Shown one piece after another: positions 1 to 11,496 of a stretch of DNA of 64,000 nt. A program made the position numbers and the translations under genes. The notes under the pieces are model-generated. The model was not told where the DNA came from and did not search any database. It worked only from the letters and a program-made list of their open reading frames with translations. Location: the NCBI GenBank assembly GCA_002269645.1, contig NIVC01001379.1, forward strand, positions 186,001 to 250,000. Reading direction: 5' to 3'. This stretch comes from Macrostomum lignano (taxonomy: Eukaryota). Position 1 is the first letter of the stretch. Each line of letters starts with the position of its first letter.

Positions 1-722
1 CGTATAATAAATCCGCAGGTATTTGTTGTAAACCGAGTCTGCGCGATAAGACCGCGTGCCAGCCGACGGTGCTTATGATTTCATTAATAATCCCAAAATC
101 CCCCATTTCCCGAGCTGCACAACAGACTGTTGGGCAATTGGGCACGATTTGAGAGATTATAGCCAAATTTAGCTGATAATATTACAAAACTACTACTGCT
201 GGCGATTATAATAAAATGCTAATTAGATAGTTGCGTCATACAAGGTTACGTAACAAGTGGCCAATGCATCGGCCATAGTGTTTGTCACAAGCATATTTAT
301 TGAATTAGTTCACATTGCTAACTAACGGCCCTGCAACGCCCGTATTTTTAGAATATGCAATCAGGTGTACAGGTGTGGGAAATTGTACAACAATAGGCAA
401 AATAATTAATATCCCTATGCATAAAAGTATTGTAAAGCAGGAATAAACTAATCGTATAGATACTAGAACCATCAAATAGATTATACGATATGTAGCGTAA
501 ACAAATTTCTACACTACCAACCTTCTAGAGCAAATTACTTGCAATTATTGAACCCATTAACACTATAGTATGCCATAATATCGTCTACCGATATGTAGTG
601 TAAACAACTTTCTGCACTACTAGCCTTCTATTGACATAAAGTTGACTACCGATATGTAGCGAATATTGATTTCTACACGACTTTCAATGAAAAAGTGCAG
701 AATGGAGAAGCAGACTACTCAC

Positions 723-1277
723 TGCGCCAGGCCTCAACATTAGCGGGCTTGTGCCTGCTCAGCTCCAGAGCCTTGTCAATAACCCGATTGGCTGCCAGCA
801 CGTTGGCCCTGGCAGAATAGGGCGCGAGAAGTCGAACACGTTGGTGCCAGTCTCGTCTTTCAACACTCGATAGGCTTTGCGCAGGATGCCTTTCCATTCG
901 TTTGACAGCTCGCCGCTAGCTGAAGAGTCCGCGCCGCCGCCTGCGCCACCAGCTCCGCGGCCACCGCTGAAGCTGGCCTGCTGATGCTGCTGCTGCTGGT
1001 ACAGCTGCTGGGACTGCGAGTGCTGATCGAAAATCAAATCGGCTTCCATCAGTACGCAATCGTCGTCGGAATCGATAATCTCGGGCTTAATTAAAGTTGA
1101 TGAAGCGGCTGCCGCAGTCGGACCGGTTGTTGCCAAGGCGCTATCTAGCAGCTTTTTACTACTGCTACTATTGCTACTGCTATTACCAACGTTGCCAATA
1201 GTGACAGCTGCCGAGCCCACAGAGGTTCCGGGCAGGTGAGAAGCGACTGACATTGACTGAGTAACCGGCGGTGGACA
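723..1277 (-). CDS. paralogue B coding exon 2 (frameshifted)
   Basis: Joins ORFs 759..1310 and 715..897; canonical splice sites; the 3' donor has the same position and phase as in paralogue A. Confidence 0.75.
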
Positions 1278-2501
1278 CTGGGAATGTAATAGTAGGATCA
1301 TTTTGTGCACAATGAACTCATTGATAGGTAATGTAAGTCACGTCGTAATACACCCCTTAAAGTAATATTCTAAGAAAATCAATTTAAACTTGCAATCTAT
1401 TTTTAGAATGAGTCAGATCTAATTTTAGAATGAGTCATGTGCAAACGGAAATGACTCAGAACCCTATAGAGGACCAGCGTTTATTTGATCAAGGAACCGG
1501 ATTTCAGCAGCTGTCTGCTTAACCCCATATATGGTAGTGCTCAAATATGCATGACCGCTTAATCAAACATGTGACGTAAGAAATTATCCGATCTCTAACC
1601 AGTTTTTGCCCAAAATTTTGCTATAAATTCAAGTGAAAATCCGAATCAAAAATTTTTTGACTCGGAGCGGGCTCAAAGAATACTTCGAAGAAACAAAGAA
1701 GGCCAATATTTGAGGGATGAAATCCTGTCCTATTGATAAGCACTTACCATATTTAGTTCTTTGTTGCTAGCGTTAATAAGTTGATTAATTGAGTTCACGA
1801 GAGCCACATTTGAGAAAGGCCCCTTGTTTCTTAGGATATATTCCTAGAGGATTTATTGTTTTGATTTGAGCTATCCGTTACGTTTCAGACGTAACGAAGA
1901 AGACGCCCTTCAGGAGAACCTAAAATTACAGAAACCCAGAGAATACAATTGTTCATTTGGGCGCACGTTCTACTAGTGTTAATTCCGAGCTCAAGAACAC
2001 CGTCAAGACTTCTTATTTGCTCTCGCTTTTGATTGACCCACCCACAGATAGAGTCAAGGACTTCCGGTGGTAACAATCCCGGAGATATTTGATTTTGCAT
2101 ATACCTAGGCACTTGTTTCCCAGTGTCTAGAAGTGGGAGTTTTCGAGTGACTGATCACCACTCTTAAACTCTTCAGTAATAATTATTTAAGGGCAGCCAC
2201 TCACCAGCGCGTGCTCATCTGCCACATTAGCTAGCCGCTGCACAGTGGGATCCAGCACCTCCAACAGGTGGCCGTGCAGTTGGGCCACAATTTTGAAAGC
2301 CACTAACAGGTCCCGCACAGCCATGTTATCAATCAGCATTGTGGCGCTGGATATTGTGCACTCGAACATTGTCAGCGGGGAGAAGCTGCCGCCTCCGCCT
2401 CCGCCTCCGCCTCCGCCTCCGCCGCCGCTGCCGCCGCCACCGCCACCGCCAAGCGGCTGATGGTGCCCGGCGGCGAAGGGAGGAATGCCAACTGTTGCCA
2501 T
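723..2501 (-). CDS. C14orf93/DUF4616-like protein, paralogue B (5' part; 3' exons lie left of the window; 1-nt frameshift at ~820-822)
   Basis: Exon1 2501-2205 (ATG; donor CTG|GTGAGT, phase 0). Exon2 1277-723 (acceptor TTCCCAG|TGT; donor CGCA|GTGAGT). Aligns by eye with paralogue A: FSPLTMFECTISSATMLIDNM vs FSPIALFECTISNAQMLIESM; LSNEWKGILRKAYRVLK..VFDFSR(P)YSARAN vs LSDRWKQLLRRSYRSIK..LFDFTKSYSAPVN. The frame changes within a CCC run. Family assignment is inferred via paralogue A. Confidence 0.75.
2205..2501 (-). CDS. paralogue B coding exon 1 (poly-Gly plus shared N-terminal domain)
   Basis: ORF 2187..2501 up to the GTGAGT donor; homologous to paralogue A exon 1. Confidence 0.8.
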
Positions 2502-2640
2502 GGTAAGTGTTCGAATTGCAGGTTCCGAGTTCAGGTAAGAACAGGTGAGAGAGATTGAGACAAATTAACGAACTGGCAGTAATTGGCAAAGGTTAATTTA
2601 AGCAGATAACAAACAGATACGCGAATTGTACTACTTGTAG

Positions 2641-3063
2641 TATAGTATTTGTCATGCTATCTCAGCCTAGAGACATCCAAACTCAGCCAGTCCCATTCCG
2701 CAATGCGTTTTTTTGGCTCGAGCTAGTCGACTTTTACCATAGACATGCTTCTTAAGGCCATGCTATCTCAGCCTGGGACATGCAATCTCAGCCAATATAG
2801 ATTTCAATTGCAAACAGATCTCAATGCTATCATTTCTATAACGTGACATGAAATGGCAACAAACAGCAATGAATGAACGCAGCAAGAAAATTCAGTAAGG
2901 GTACGCAACAACGCTGAGATTGCATGTCCCAGGCTGAGATAGCATGGCCTTAAGAAGCATGTCTATGGTAAAACTTGACTGGCTTACGTAAAAAATCGCA
3001 CTGTCGAGATGGGCTGGCTGAGTTTGGATGTCTCTAGGCTGAGATAGCATGACAAATACTATA
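2641..3063. mobile_element. MITE with ~150-bp terminal inverted repeats and TA flanks
   Basis: tatagtatttgtcatgctatctcagcctagagacatccaaactcagcc (2641) is the reverse complement of ggctgagtttggatgtctctaggctgagatagcatgacaaatactata (ends 3063); non-coding; TA at both ends fits a Tc1/mariner-type TSD. Confidence 0.8.
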
Positions 3064-3524
3064 GCAAAACTAGCCAGGTGTGATATTTAATTTCATATCA
3101 ATACCAACAGATAAAAAATTTTAGAAGAACTTGACAAATCAATTGACTCCCATATAATTTCACAGCACTGCAGGTTGTGTGTATTACTTTTGCAAACAAT
3201 TTTAACAATAGCCATTTATATGAGCACGAGTAACCGGAAACACAAGCAAGCGCAGGCCACGAGCAGAGAAATGCATCAAATTTTCAGTGTTCGGTTCAAC
3301 ACTAACGTAACAAATGATTAGTGAGGGCAAATTAATATATATAAATACAATATATATATAAGGCTACAATATATATATATATAAGACTAACGTTTGCAAA
3401 CGAAATTGCTCCACAAGAAATACTGAAAGCTTTCTATTTAAATTCAAAGATGGTGCGATGAAGGAGGAAAAAAGCTGACAGAAGATGAGAGTAGGGAGAG
3501 ACAAGTCAATTAAGAGGGGGAGAT

Positions 3525-3950
3525 AAGTGAGGAGACAGGTGAGAGGGAGGCAGGTGAGAGGTAGGCAGGTGAGGGGGAGGCAGATGAAGGGGAGGTTGGT
3601 GAGAGGGGAGGCAGGTAAGAGGGAAAGGGAGCAGGTGAGAGGGAGGCAGGTGAGAGGGAGGCAGGTGAGAGGAAGGCAGGTGAGAGGGAGGCAGGTGAGG
3701 GGAGGCAGGTGAGGGGGGCAGGTGAGGGGGGGCAGGTCAGGGGGAGGTTGGTGAGAGGGGAGGCAGGTGAGGAGGAAGCAGGTCAGGGGGAGGCAGGTGA
3801 GGGGGAGGCAGGTGAGGGGAGGCAGGTGAGGGGAGGCAGGTGAGGGGGAGGCAGGTCAGGGGAGGTTGATGAGAGGGGAGGCAGGTGAGGAGGAGGCAGG
3901 TCAGGGGAGGCAGGTGAGGGGGAGGCAGGTGAGGGTGAGGCAGGTATAGG
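3525..3950. repeat. purine-rich ~15-bp minisatellite (GAGGCAGGTGAGRGG)n
   Basis: Tandem units visible; explains ORFs 3527..3712 and 3737..4117. Confidence 0.9.
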
Positions 3951-4140
3951 AGGGAAGAAAACGAGGTATGAAAGGGAGAGAGGATACCGCGATAGACTAG
4001 AATGGAGATGTAGAACATAGAGTAAAAAGTAAAACGGAGAGATAAGGGAAAAGAGAGGGAGATAGTGGACGGATCGGAGAGGAAGTGGAGAGAGCAGAGA
4101 TGTGAGCTAACCCCCAATATTGACTCGGGCAGCTCAGTTT

Positions 4141-4563
4141 CTAGAAGCGGAACCCAGACGCAGGATTATCAGCAGTGTCAGTCGCAGTCCTGTTGGCTGT
4201 AGTTGCGGCATCGCCCCAGCCAACCACAGCCCAGGCCTGCGGACTGTCGGGCGTCGGTCGCTGACTAATCCAGGCTGGGTGTCGCCGAACTCGCTCGAGC
4301 TCGCGCCGCTCTCTAGGATTAGCGATGACCTCGGCAAAGTGCCGATCGAGCATGGCTTTCAACCTGGCTGCCTCGGCCGACTCCCAGGACAGCCGTTTCA
4401 CCCGCAGCACCGTGGAGCTGCTGTCGCCTTCATCGGCGGGCACCTCGTCATCCGAGCTGGTGTACTGAAGATCGAGTAGGGCGCGCAACCGGGCCGTGTC
4501 AACGGGGCTGAGGGCGCCGTGAGCCTGCAGATTGTCGTAGCTGCGCTGCCGCTGGCTCAGCTT
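4141..4563 (-). CDS. paralogue A exon 4 (terminal)
   Basis: Acceptor CAACCGCAG|AAG; part of ORF 4141..4653; TAG stop. Confidence 0.85.
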   Translation of the reverse strand, partial: KLSQRQRSYDNLQAHGALSPVDTARLRALLDLQYTSSDDEVPADEGDSSSTVLRVKRLSWESAEAARLKAMLDRHFAEVIANPRERRELERVRRHPAWISQRPTPDSPQAWAVVGWGDAATTANRTATDTADNPASGFRF

Positions 4564-7500
4564 CTGCGGTTGGGAGGGGGTCACAGCTGCCTTGGCTACT
4601 GTAGCGGGGGGGGTGTCACAGCTGCCTTGGCTACTGTAGCGGGGGGGTGTCACAGCTGCCTTGGCTAATGTAGCGGGAGGTCACAGCTGCCTTGGCTACT
4701 GTAACGGGGGGGTCACAGCTGTCTTGGCTACTGTAGCGGGGGGTGTCACAGCTGCCTTGGCTACTGTAGCGGGGGGGGTCACAGCTGCCTTGGCTACTGT
4801 AGCGGGGGGGGTCACAGCTGCCTTGGCTACTGTAGCGGGGGGGGGGGTCACAGCTGTCTTGGCTACTGTAGCGGGGGGTCACAGCTGCCTTGGCTACTGT
4901 AGCGGGGGGAGGTCACAGCTGTCTTGGCTACTGTAGCGGGGGTCACAGCTGACTTGGCTACTGTAGCGAGGGGGGTCACAGCTGACTTGGCTACTGTAGC
5001 GAGGGGGGTCCCAGCTGACTTGGCTACTGTAGCGGGGGGGGTCACAGCTGCCTCACCTTGGCAGCTCGGGATGCCCAGCCGTGCCTGGGCTGGTGCTGTC
5101 GGCGATAATTTCTACGAAGAATGTCTTTGAACCAGTAGCGCATGAATGTCTCCACAAGGATGGAGTCTGCAAATAAAATCAGACAGACAAGCGGTTGTCC
5201 TGGAGTCCGGAATTAAAGTAAAAATTACAAATATGGCTTCTGAGTCTAGATATCGATGGTCTTTGGTTTATGTGGTAGCGCTAAACAGTGCGGCTTGGAA
5301 AGGCTGCCCTCACTCTAATGGTCAATCAATGAGCCTCTACTACCCTCACGATTCACCAATGAGCCTCTACTACCCTCACGATTCACCAATGAGCCTCTAC
5401 TACCCTCACGATTCACCAATGAGCCTCTACTACCCTCACGATTCACCAATGAGCCTCTACTACCCTCACGATTCACCAATGAGCCTCTACTACCCTCACG
5501 ATTCACCAATGAGCCTCTACTACCCTCACGATTCACCAATGAGCCTCTACTACCCCATTATTCACCAATGAGCTTCTAGTGGCATCACGATTCACCAATA
5601 GCCTCTATTACCCTCACGATTCACCAATGAGCCTCTACCATCCCTAAGATTCACCAATGAGCCTGTCTACCACCCCAATATTCACCAATGAGCCTGTCTA
5701 CCACCCCAATATTCACCAATGAGCCTGTCTACCACCCCACTATTCACCAATGAGCCTGTCTACTATCCCACTTTTCACCAATGGGCATCTCTACTACCCT
5801 CACGATTCACCAATGAGCCTCTACTACCCTCACGATTCACCAATGAGCCTCTACTACCCTCACGATTCACCAATGAGCCTCTACTACCCCATTATTCACC
5901 AATGAGCTTCTAGTGGCATCACGATTCACCAATAGCCTCTATTACCCTCACGATTCACCAATGAGCCTCTACCATCCCTAAGATTCACCAATGAGCCTGT
6001 CTACCACCCCAATATTCACCAATGAGCCTGTCTACCACCCCACTATTCACCAATGAGCCTGTCTACTATCCCACTTTTCACCAATGGGCATCTCTACTAC
6101 CCTCCCGATTCGCCAATGAGCCTGTTTACCACCCCACGATTCACTAATAATTGACTACTACCTCCACGGCCTAGCAATAAGTTACTACTTTGGCTAGGAT
6201 ACTACTTAATCTATGGCTGTAATAATGAAACAAACATGACGCTCACTTTTCCACGACTCAACATCGGGCGGCGGTTGGCTAGTCATTGACACGGCCTGGT
6301 TGATAATGGCCTGGGCCGCCTTCAAATTCACTGGGGCAGAGTATCTGCGGGTGCAGTTAGCGATCTAGCGCTGCTATTACATATAAAAAGGATGCTAGCC
6401 TAGTGGTTAAAGCGTCGGACTCTCGACTTGAAGGTCGAGGGTTCGATTCCCGATCCCAATGGAACGATTTGTGTCCTTGACACCCAGCTATAAAAAATGG
6501 GTGCCAGAAAAAGCTGGGGAAATTGAGGGTGTGTGTGGCGACCCCCCCCCCCCCAGTCATACATGCGCAACTGCTGGCCGACCTGGCCACCGTAAATTGT
6601 GGTGGACCAGGGGTAAGTCGCAAAAATGCCCACCCCAAAGAATACAGACGTAGTACTAATTAGATGACGAGGCATTTAGCCCTTACAAGAGAGTCATAGT
6701 TACTCCTGCCGTTTACCCAAAATTGCGTTAATGTTGCTCTAGGGTTTCTTTCACAGGTAGGTCACATTTTTGGTCAAAAAGTAAGTCGCATGGCCAGTGT
6801 AAATCAGGGGGGTTGCGCATGTATGCCCCCAGTCCTTAGACTGAACAGCTGTACGCAGCCTTCAGTCCAATTCAGTCAATAGCTGCGGCTGAGCTGTCGG
6901 TTGCACACCTGGCCCAATAAGGCCGGGTGTAAATCAATTAATTAATTAAAAATCATGATGTACAACCTAAACTAAAACTGAATAATTGGGTTCTGAACTT
7001 TTACAGACATGAGACACTTGGAATTCAATATTTCAGTGCCGACAATGGCATCCACATCGAACTCAGTCCAAATTCAGTGCCATGCCTCATGCCTCCAGTA
7101 CGCCACAGAAAACACCCCCTGGCATTTTAACTCACGATTTAGTGAAGTCAAACAGCTCTCCGCATTGCTCTTTGATAGACCGATAGGAGCGGCGCAGCAG
7201 CTGCTTCCACCTGTCGGACAGGGCGCCACCGCCGCCAGTGGCTGATGAAGCGGCACCACCGGAAGCGCCGGCGCCAGACACGGAAGCTGTGGAGCTGGAG
7301 CCGCCTGCTCCAGTTGACAGCAGCAGCTGACTGTGGTTGCCCAGGCCAAGGGTGTTGGACTCTGACGCTTCATCCGACCACAGCATCCCGGCCGTGCCGC
7401 TGGCTCCGAATTCCTCCTGACTGGCTTCGCAGTCTGGCACCTCGTCGTCGTCGCCGCCGTTATCTTCAGCCGCTGCAGCACCGGCTTCTTCTTCCTTGAT

Positions 7501-7845
7501 GCCAATCGATAGTATTGATTTTTGCAGGCTATGACTTTCAGACTGTTGGTTATTTAACTGGGACTCGGACTGCTTCGGGGGCTTCTGCTGCTCATCTCGC
7601 CGACCGTTGCTGCTGCCATTGTTATAGAGTTCGGCAATCTGCACCAGCCTCCCAGCCGACGGCTCCATCACTTCAACTAGGCGGCCCTGCAGTTGGCAGA
7701 CAATCTTCTGCGCTAGTATGAGATCAACCAGCTCCATCGATTCTATTAGCATCTGGGCGTTGCTGATTGTGCATTCGAATAGGGCTATTGGCGAGAAGAC
7801 ACTATTCGAGCCTGGTGAGGTGGCAGGTAGACAGGCTGTGGCCAT
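4141..7845 (-). CDS. C14orf93/RTFC (DUF4616)-like protein, paralogue A, 4 exons, 446 aa
   Basis: Exons 7845-7136, 6344-6247, 5166-5057, 4563-4141; all GT-AG with matching phases (710+98+110+423=1341 nt). C-terminal half reads FDFTKSYSAPVN...ETFMRYWFKDILRRNYRRQ...KKLSQRQR...LQYTSSDDE...LRVKRLSWES..ARLKAMLD...ISQRPTPDSPQAWAV, which follows my recollection of the C14orf93-family motif order (F-x-x-S-x-S..N, YF..R.Y, SD/EE, W-R/E-S..LD, SxRxP). Gene structure is solid; family identity needs an HMM check. Confidence 0.8.
4577..5050. repeat. ~28-30-bp minisatellite filling intron 3 of paralogue A
   Basis: Unit tcacagctgccttggctactgtagcggggg, about 16 copies; the intron is 4564-5056. Confidence 0.9.
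5057..5166 (-). CDS. paralogue A exon 3 (NSILVETFMRYWFKDILRRNYRRQHQPRHGWASRAAK)
   Basis: Acceptor TTTGCAG, donor AAG|GTGAGG; phases match both neighbours. Confidence 0.8.
5322..6145. repeat. 30-bp minisatellite with a higher-order block duplication (intron 2 of paralogue A)
   Basis: Unit tcaccaatgagcctctactaccctcacgat; the variant block at ~5550-5790 recurs at ~5890-6100. Confidence 0.9.
6247..6344 (-). CDS. paralogue A exon 2 (SYSAPVNLKAAQAIINQAVSMTSQPPPDVESWK)
   Basis: Acceptor CCCGCAG, donor A|GTGAGC; homologous to the end of paralogue B exon 2. Confidence 0.85.
6385..6715 (+). mobile_element. tRNA-derived SINE (MetaSINE-like central motif)
   Basis: A-box TAGCCTAGTGG, B-box GGTTCGATTCC, then gtccttgacacccagctataaaaaatgggtgccag, which resembles the MetaSINE core as I recall it; the anticodon stem pairs poorly, so not called a tRNA gene. 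Confidence 0.55.
7136..7845 (-). CDS. paralogue A exon 1
   Basis: ORF 7132..7845; donor TC|GTGAGT. Confidence 0.85.
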
Positions 7846-9419
7846 TGTGATTAGGATTGTCAGCTGTCAGTCAGGCTTGTTGCTTGAAAGGAATGAGTAA
7901 ATTTGACCACACAGATATGAAGTCAAAAACAAGAGCCCAAATGATCTGTACTAAAATAAGGCTGAAATGACAATTACACAAAATAAATTAAAATCATTTG
8001 AGTGGTGCAACTTCAATTTATGCTATATATGTATATGTATGCACTGTAAACCAAAACTTTTATCACAAAATGACTTTGTATACATCCCTATTGCAGGTTT
8101 GCAGTCAAAGATCTAACTGCACTAGATAGTTCCTGAAGTGTGCTAGACAAGGCCAGTCCTCTTTCTTTGCTTATGTACTATTTGCTAGATGCTTAGGCTT
8201 AAGCCTTAGTATTATAGCATATAGTAGCATACCAAGCATCATTTTAATCTATACTAGAGAGCTATCAAATAGGGATATTATAATTTGTTTTATTCCTTGT
8301 TAAAACAAATATTTTTTGATAGATGGGTACTCCACTTTCCTTATTTCAATAGAAAAACATTATAAGATAATTAGACAAATAAATTAATATGATAAATTGA
8401 AAATAAGACTTAGTAATGATATACATACTCTATACTTTATATTTTAAATGAAAGTTGCTGTTTTTGGAAAAAAAATTATCTATATCACTGTCAATGCCAT
8501 ATCTAAAATTTTTCAAGCCTTGCCTAATTTAAAGCAAAAGTCTTAATGACCAAAATAATAATCTATTATCTACCTATTATTTATAGACACATAAAAAACT
8601 AACATTAATACTATGTTTGGATTAATACTATCTTTGATATGTTGGCAAAGTAATGTTTTGATAAAGTATTGTAACATTTTAGCAAATTCAAAAATGGCAT
8701 ACTATAACATATATAGAAGAACAACTGCTTAACTACAATATTTGTGTTACCCTTCCCTTAGAATTGAAGACTTGCAGCAGACAAAATAAGTAATGCAGAT
8801 TCAAAGTAATACATTGCACTAAATTTTCTAGCTTAAAGTGCACAAATTTAAATGCAGACAAATGGTTAACCTGGCAGTGTGGCTATCTATTTTTGAAAAC
8901 TACCTTAACATCAAAAATAGCAAATAAGAAACAGCTTTACTTTACAAATAAAAAAGAATATTAAAAATAACAAAGAAGTAAAATTAACAAATAGATAACA
9001 AGCCTAAACTGCATTTTAACAAAATGAAAAAATAAAGTTATGATTTTAACAGTCTTAATTGCCACTAGGTAGTAAAAATTCTTTTATTGCAAGTTCAAAA
9101 ATTATTAAAATATGTAATCTGAATTAAAATATCATTGAAATAAGTCTTTAAAAATGATTTTGCCAAAACATTACAATACAATAGGCCTTACTTTGCCAAA
9201 ACATTATTTTGCCAAAATGTTGTGTAGCCATATGATACACTTTTTGCTATCAAGTCTATCTATTAGATTTGTCCTAAAAAGGATTATATTTAATTTAATA
9301 CAATTAAGGCACTATAAATTAATAAAGATTGGTAACAAAAAGAATTAGGTTAGGGCCTAGGTTAGGAAATTTATATTATAAAAGTAGAATAGAATATAGC
9401 AACCATAGTCTATAGATAA

Positions 9420-10709
9420 TTGGGACTTCTTGAACTTTAGGTCTACGTAAAATATTTCCGATTTTCCAATTTTTCTAAAATTTTTGCCAGAGTCTTAGAG
9501 GCTGTTCAAAATGATAATAAAGCAAAGAAAATTGCAAAAAAATTACTGTCAGAGTAAACAGGAGCTCAATTTGTTAATCCCCAATGTAATTTATGATAAT
9601 TTGATGCAAGTAGTTTTGGAAAATTGTATGTTTGAAAATCTAACTTTTTTTAGAATCATGGCTCTCAAAGGTAAATATTGTCTAAAATTTTGATGAATTC
9701 ATTGTAAAAAAACATTTAGGAGGTTAGATTTTTAACTCCAAAAAAGGAGTGTCTATTCTAATTTATCTTTACTCAGTTTGTTATAGTGCACCGAGAGTGC
9801 TATATCAAATTAGTGCTTTTAAAAAATGCTGACTCACAGTTTGCCACTGCCCTCCTCGCCTCCTACTTTTGATTTGCTATTGTTCTCTTATGGTTGTGAC
9901 TAGCTGTACATTCTTTAAATGTTTACCTAGACTTAAATTTCTACTAATCTGCATTGTCTTCTCTATTCTGAAAGGTAATTATAGCTGCTGATGCTGATAT
10001 CAATTACTTTGATAAGATTATAATTTTTCTCAATGGAGGTGTTTGATAACTTGCTGAAAGTTTTCATTTAAGCTTTATTACATTTCTACTCTGGAACCCT
10101 CAGTCTCCAAATTTACCTACCTAATCTACAATAGACCCCCATGCCTCTATTGAAGTTTAGGTAGGTAAAATCAATCCCGATGAAGATTCTCCCTACCCTA
10201 AACCCCATTTCCCATGTCCTAATGGTTGGTGGTTATTGGCCCATCCCCCCCTCATTAGACCCCCCTTAGGTTTAGAATTTACCTACCTAATCTTCAATAG
10301 ATCCCCATGCCTCTATTGAAGTTTAGGTAGGTAAAATCAATCTCCATGAAGATTTTCCCCACCCTAAAACCCCCCATTCCCCATGTCCCAGTGGTTGGTA
10401 GTTATCGGCCCATCCCCCTTGTTAGACCCCCCCCTTTATTAGACCCCTCCTTGGGTTTAGAATTTACCTACCTAATCTTCAATAGATCCCCATGCCTCTA
10501 TTGAAGTTTAAGTAGATAAAATCAGTTCCCATGAAGATTCTCCCCACCCTAAAACCCCCCATTCCCCATGTCCCGGTGGTTGGCTTTAAGCTACAAAAAA
10601 ATTAAGCTCAAATTTGAAATTAGCACTATAAAAAACCCCTATAGAGACAAAATTAAGATCCCGTCAAAATTGCAACTATTTTATCTATCTAAAGTTCAAG
10701 AAGTCCCAA
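9420..10709. mobile_element. non-autonomous DNA transposon, 21-bp TIRs, TAA TSD (PIF/Harbinger- or Zator-like)
   Basis: TAA|ttgggacttcttgaactttag ... ctaaagttcaagaagtcccaa|TAA; no ORF. Confidence 0.7.
10110..10585. repeat. three tandem ~166-185-bp units, each containing a long hairpin
   Basis: Unit starts at ~10110, 10276, 10461; tttacctacctaatcttcaatag...ctattgaagtttaggtaggtaaa is self-complementary. Confidence 0.8.
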
Positions 10710-11496
10710 TAATTTCACTCTTACAAAAAGCCATAAGTACTTAATAATATTATTGTATTATTAGATAAGCTAATATATATAGTCAATTAGATAATTAAAT
10801 ATTAACAAAATTATATTAAAATTAAAAAAAGGTAAATAAATGAATATTAAAAAAATAACTAATAAAGTTTAAATCTGTATAATAATGCTATTACTTAATA
10901 TTTATAATTTAATTAGACAATAATAATATTACTAGCTTTGAAAAATAGTATATAAGATAGTAAAATAGAATTAGATATAAATACAAGAAAATTGATTAGC
11001 AATTAAGACTTTTAATAAATATTAAGAATGCTATCTTATATATAAATGTTTATTATTAGTAGTATGACTAGTTTGATTTTTTCTAATTCTACCTAATAAT
11101 CAAAGTAATAATCTAAGTAACAATTCTAAGCTAGGTGGCCTAGGCCTAGTCTGAGCTATTCAATTGTCCAAATAGTGTTTTTAGCTTAGTTTAGTACTTT
11201 AGTAGCATATTGCCTATATAAAATTGTTCATCATATCTTATCCAACTTCTAGGTCTATGACTATGGTTATTGCAAGGGGGCCATAGCCCAGTGGTAGGCC
11301 TAGTGCAGCTGCTCTGGTGTGCCAGCAACCTAGGCTCAATTCCAAGTGCAATCACATTAATTTGGGGCTGAATTGGAATCTTGGCTTAGCTCTACTTATG
11401 TAATTAACGGCCTTGAGAGCCAACCCCCCAAGGCGCAGTGAAATGTACATGCCTAACGATAATATAAAGTTAGGGCTGCTGTATACTCCTATGTGA

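Noticed and set aside
1885-2112. 75-aa ORF in paralogue B intron 1
   Set aside because: No homology recognised and no need for an extra exon; the flanking exons join in phase without it.
2650-2790. Shared GCTGAGAT/ATCTCAGC motif between the 2.6-kb MITE and the Helitron arrays
   Set aside because: An 8-bp match is too short to infer common origin.
6385-6460. Possible tRNA gene
   Set aside because: Anticodon and acceptor stems pair poorly and the sequence continues into a SINE-like body.
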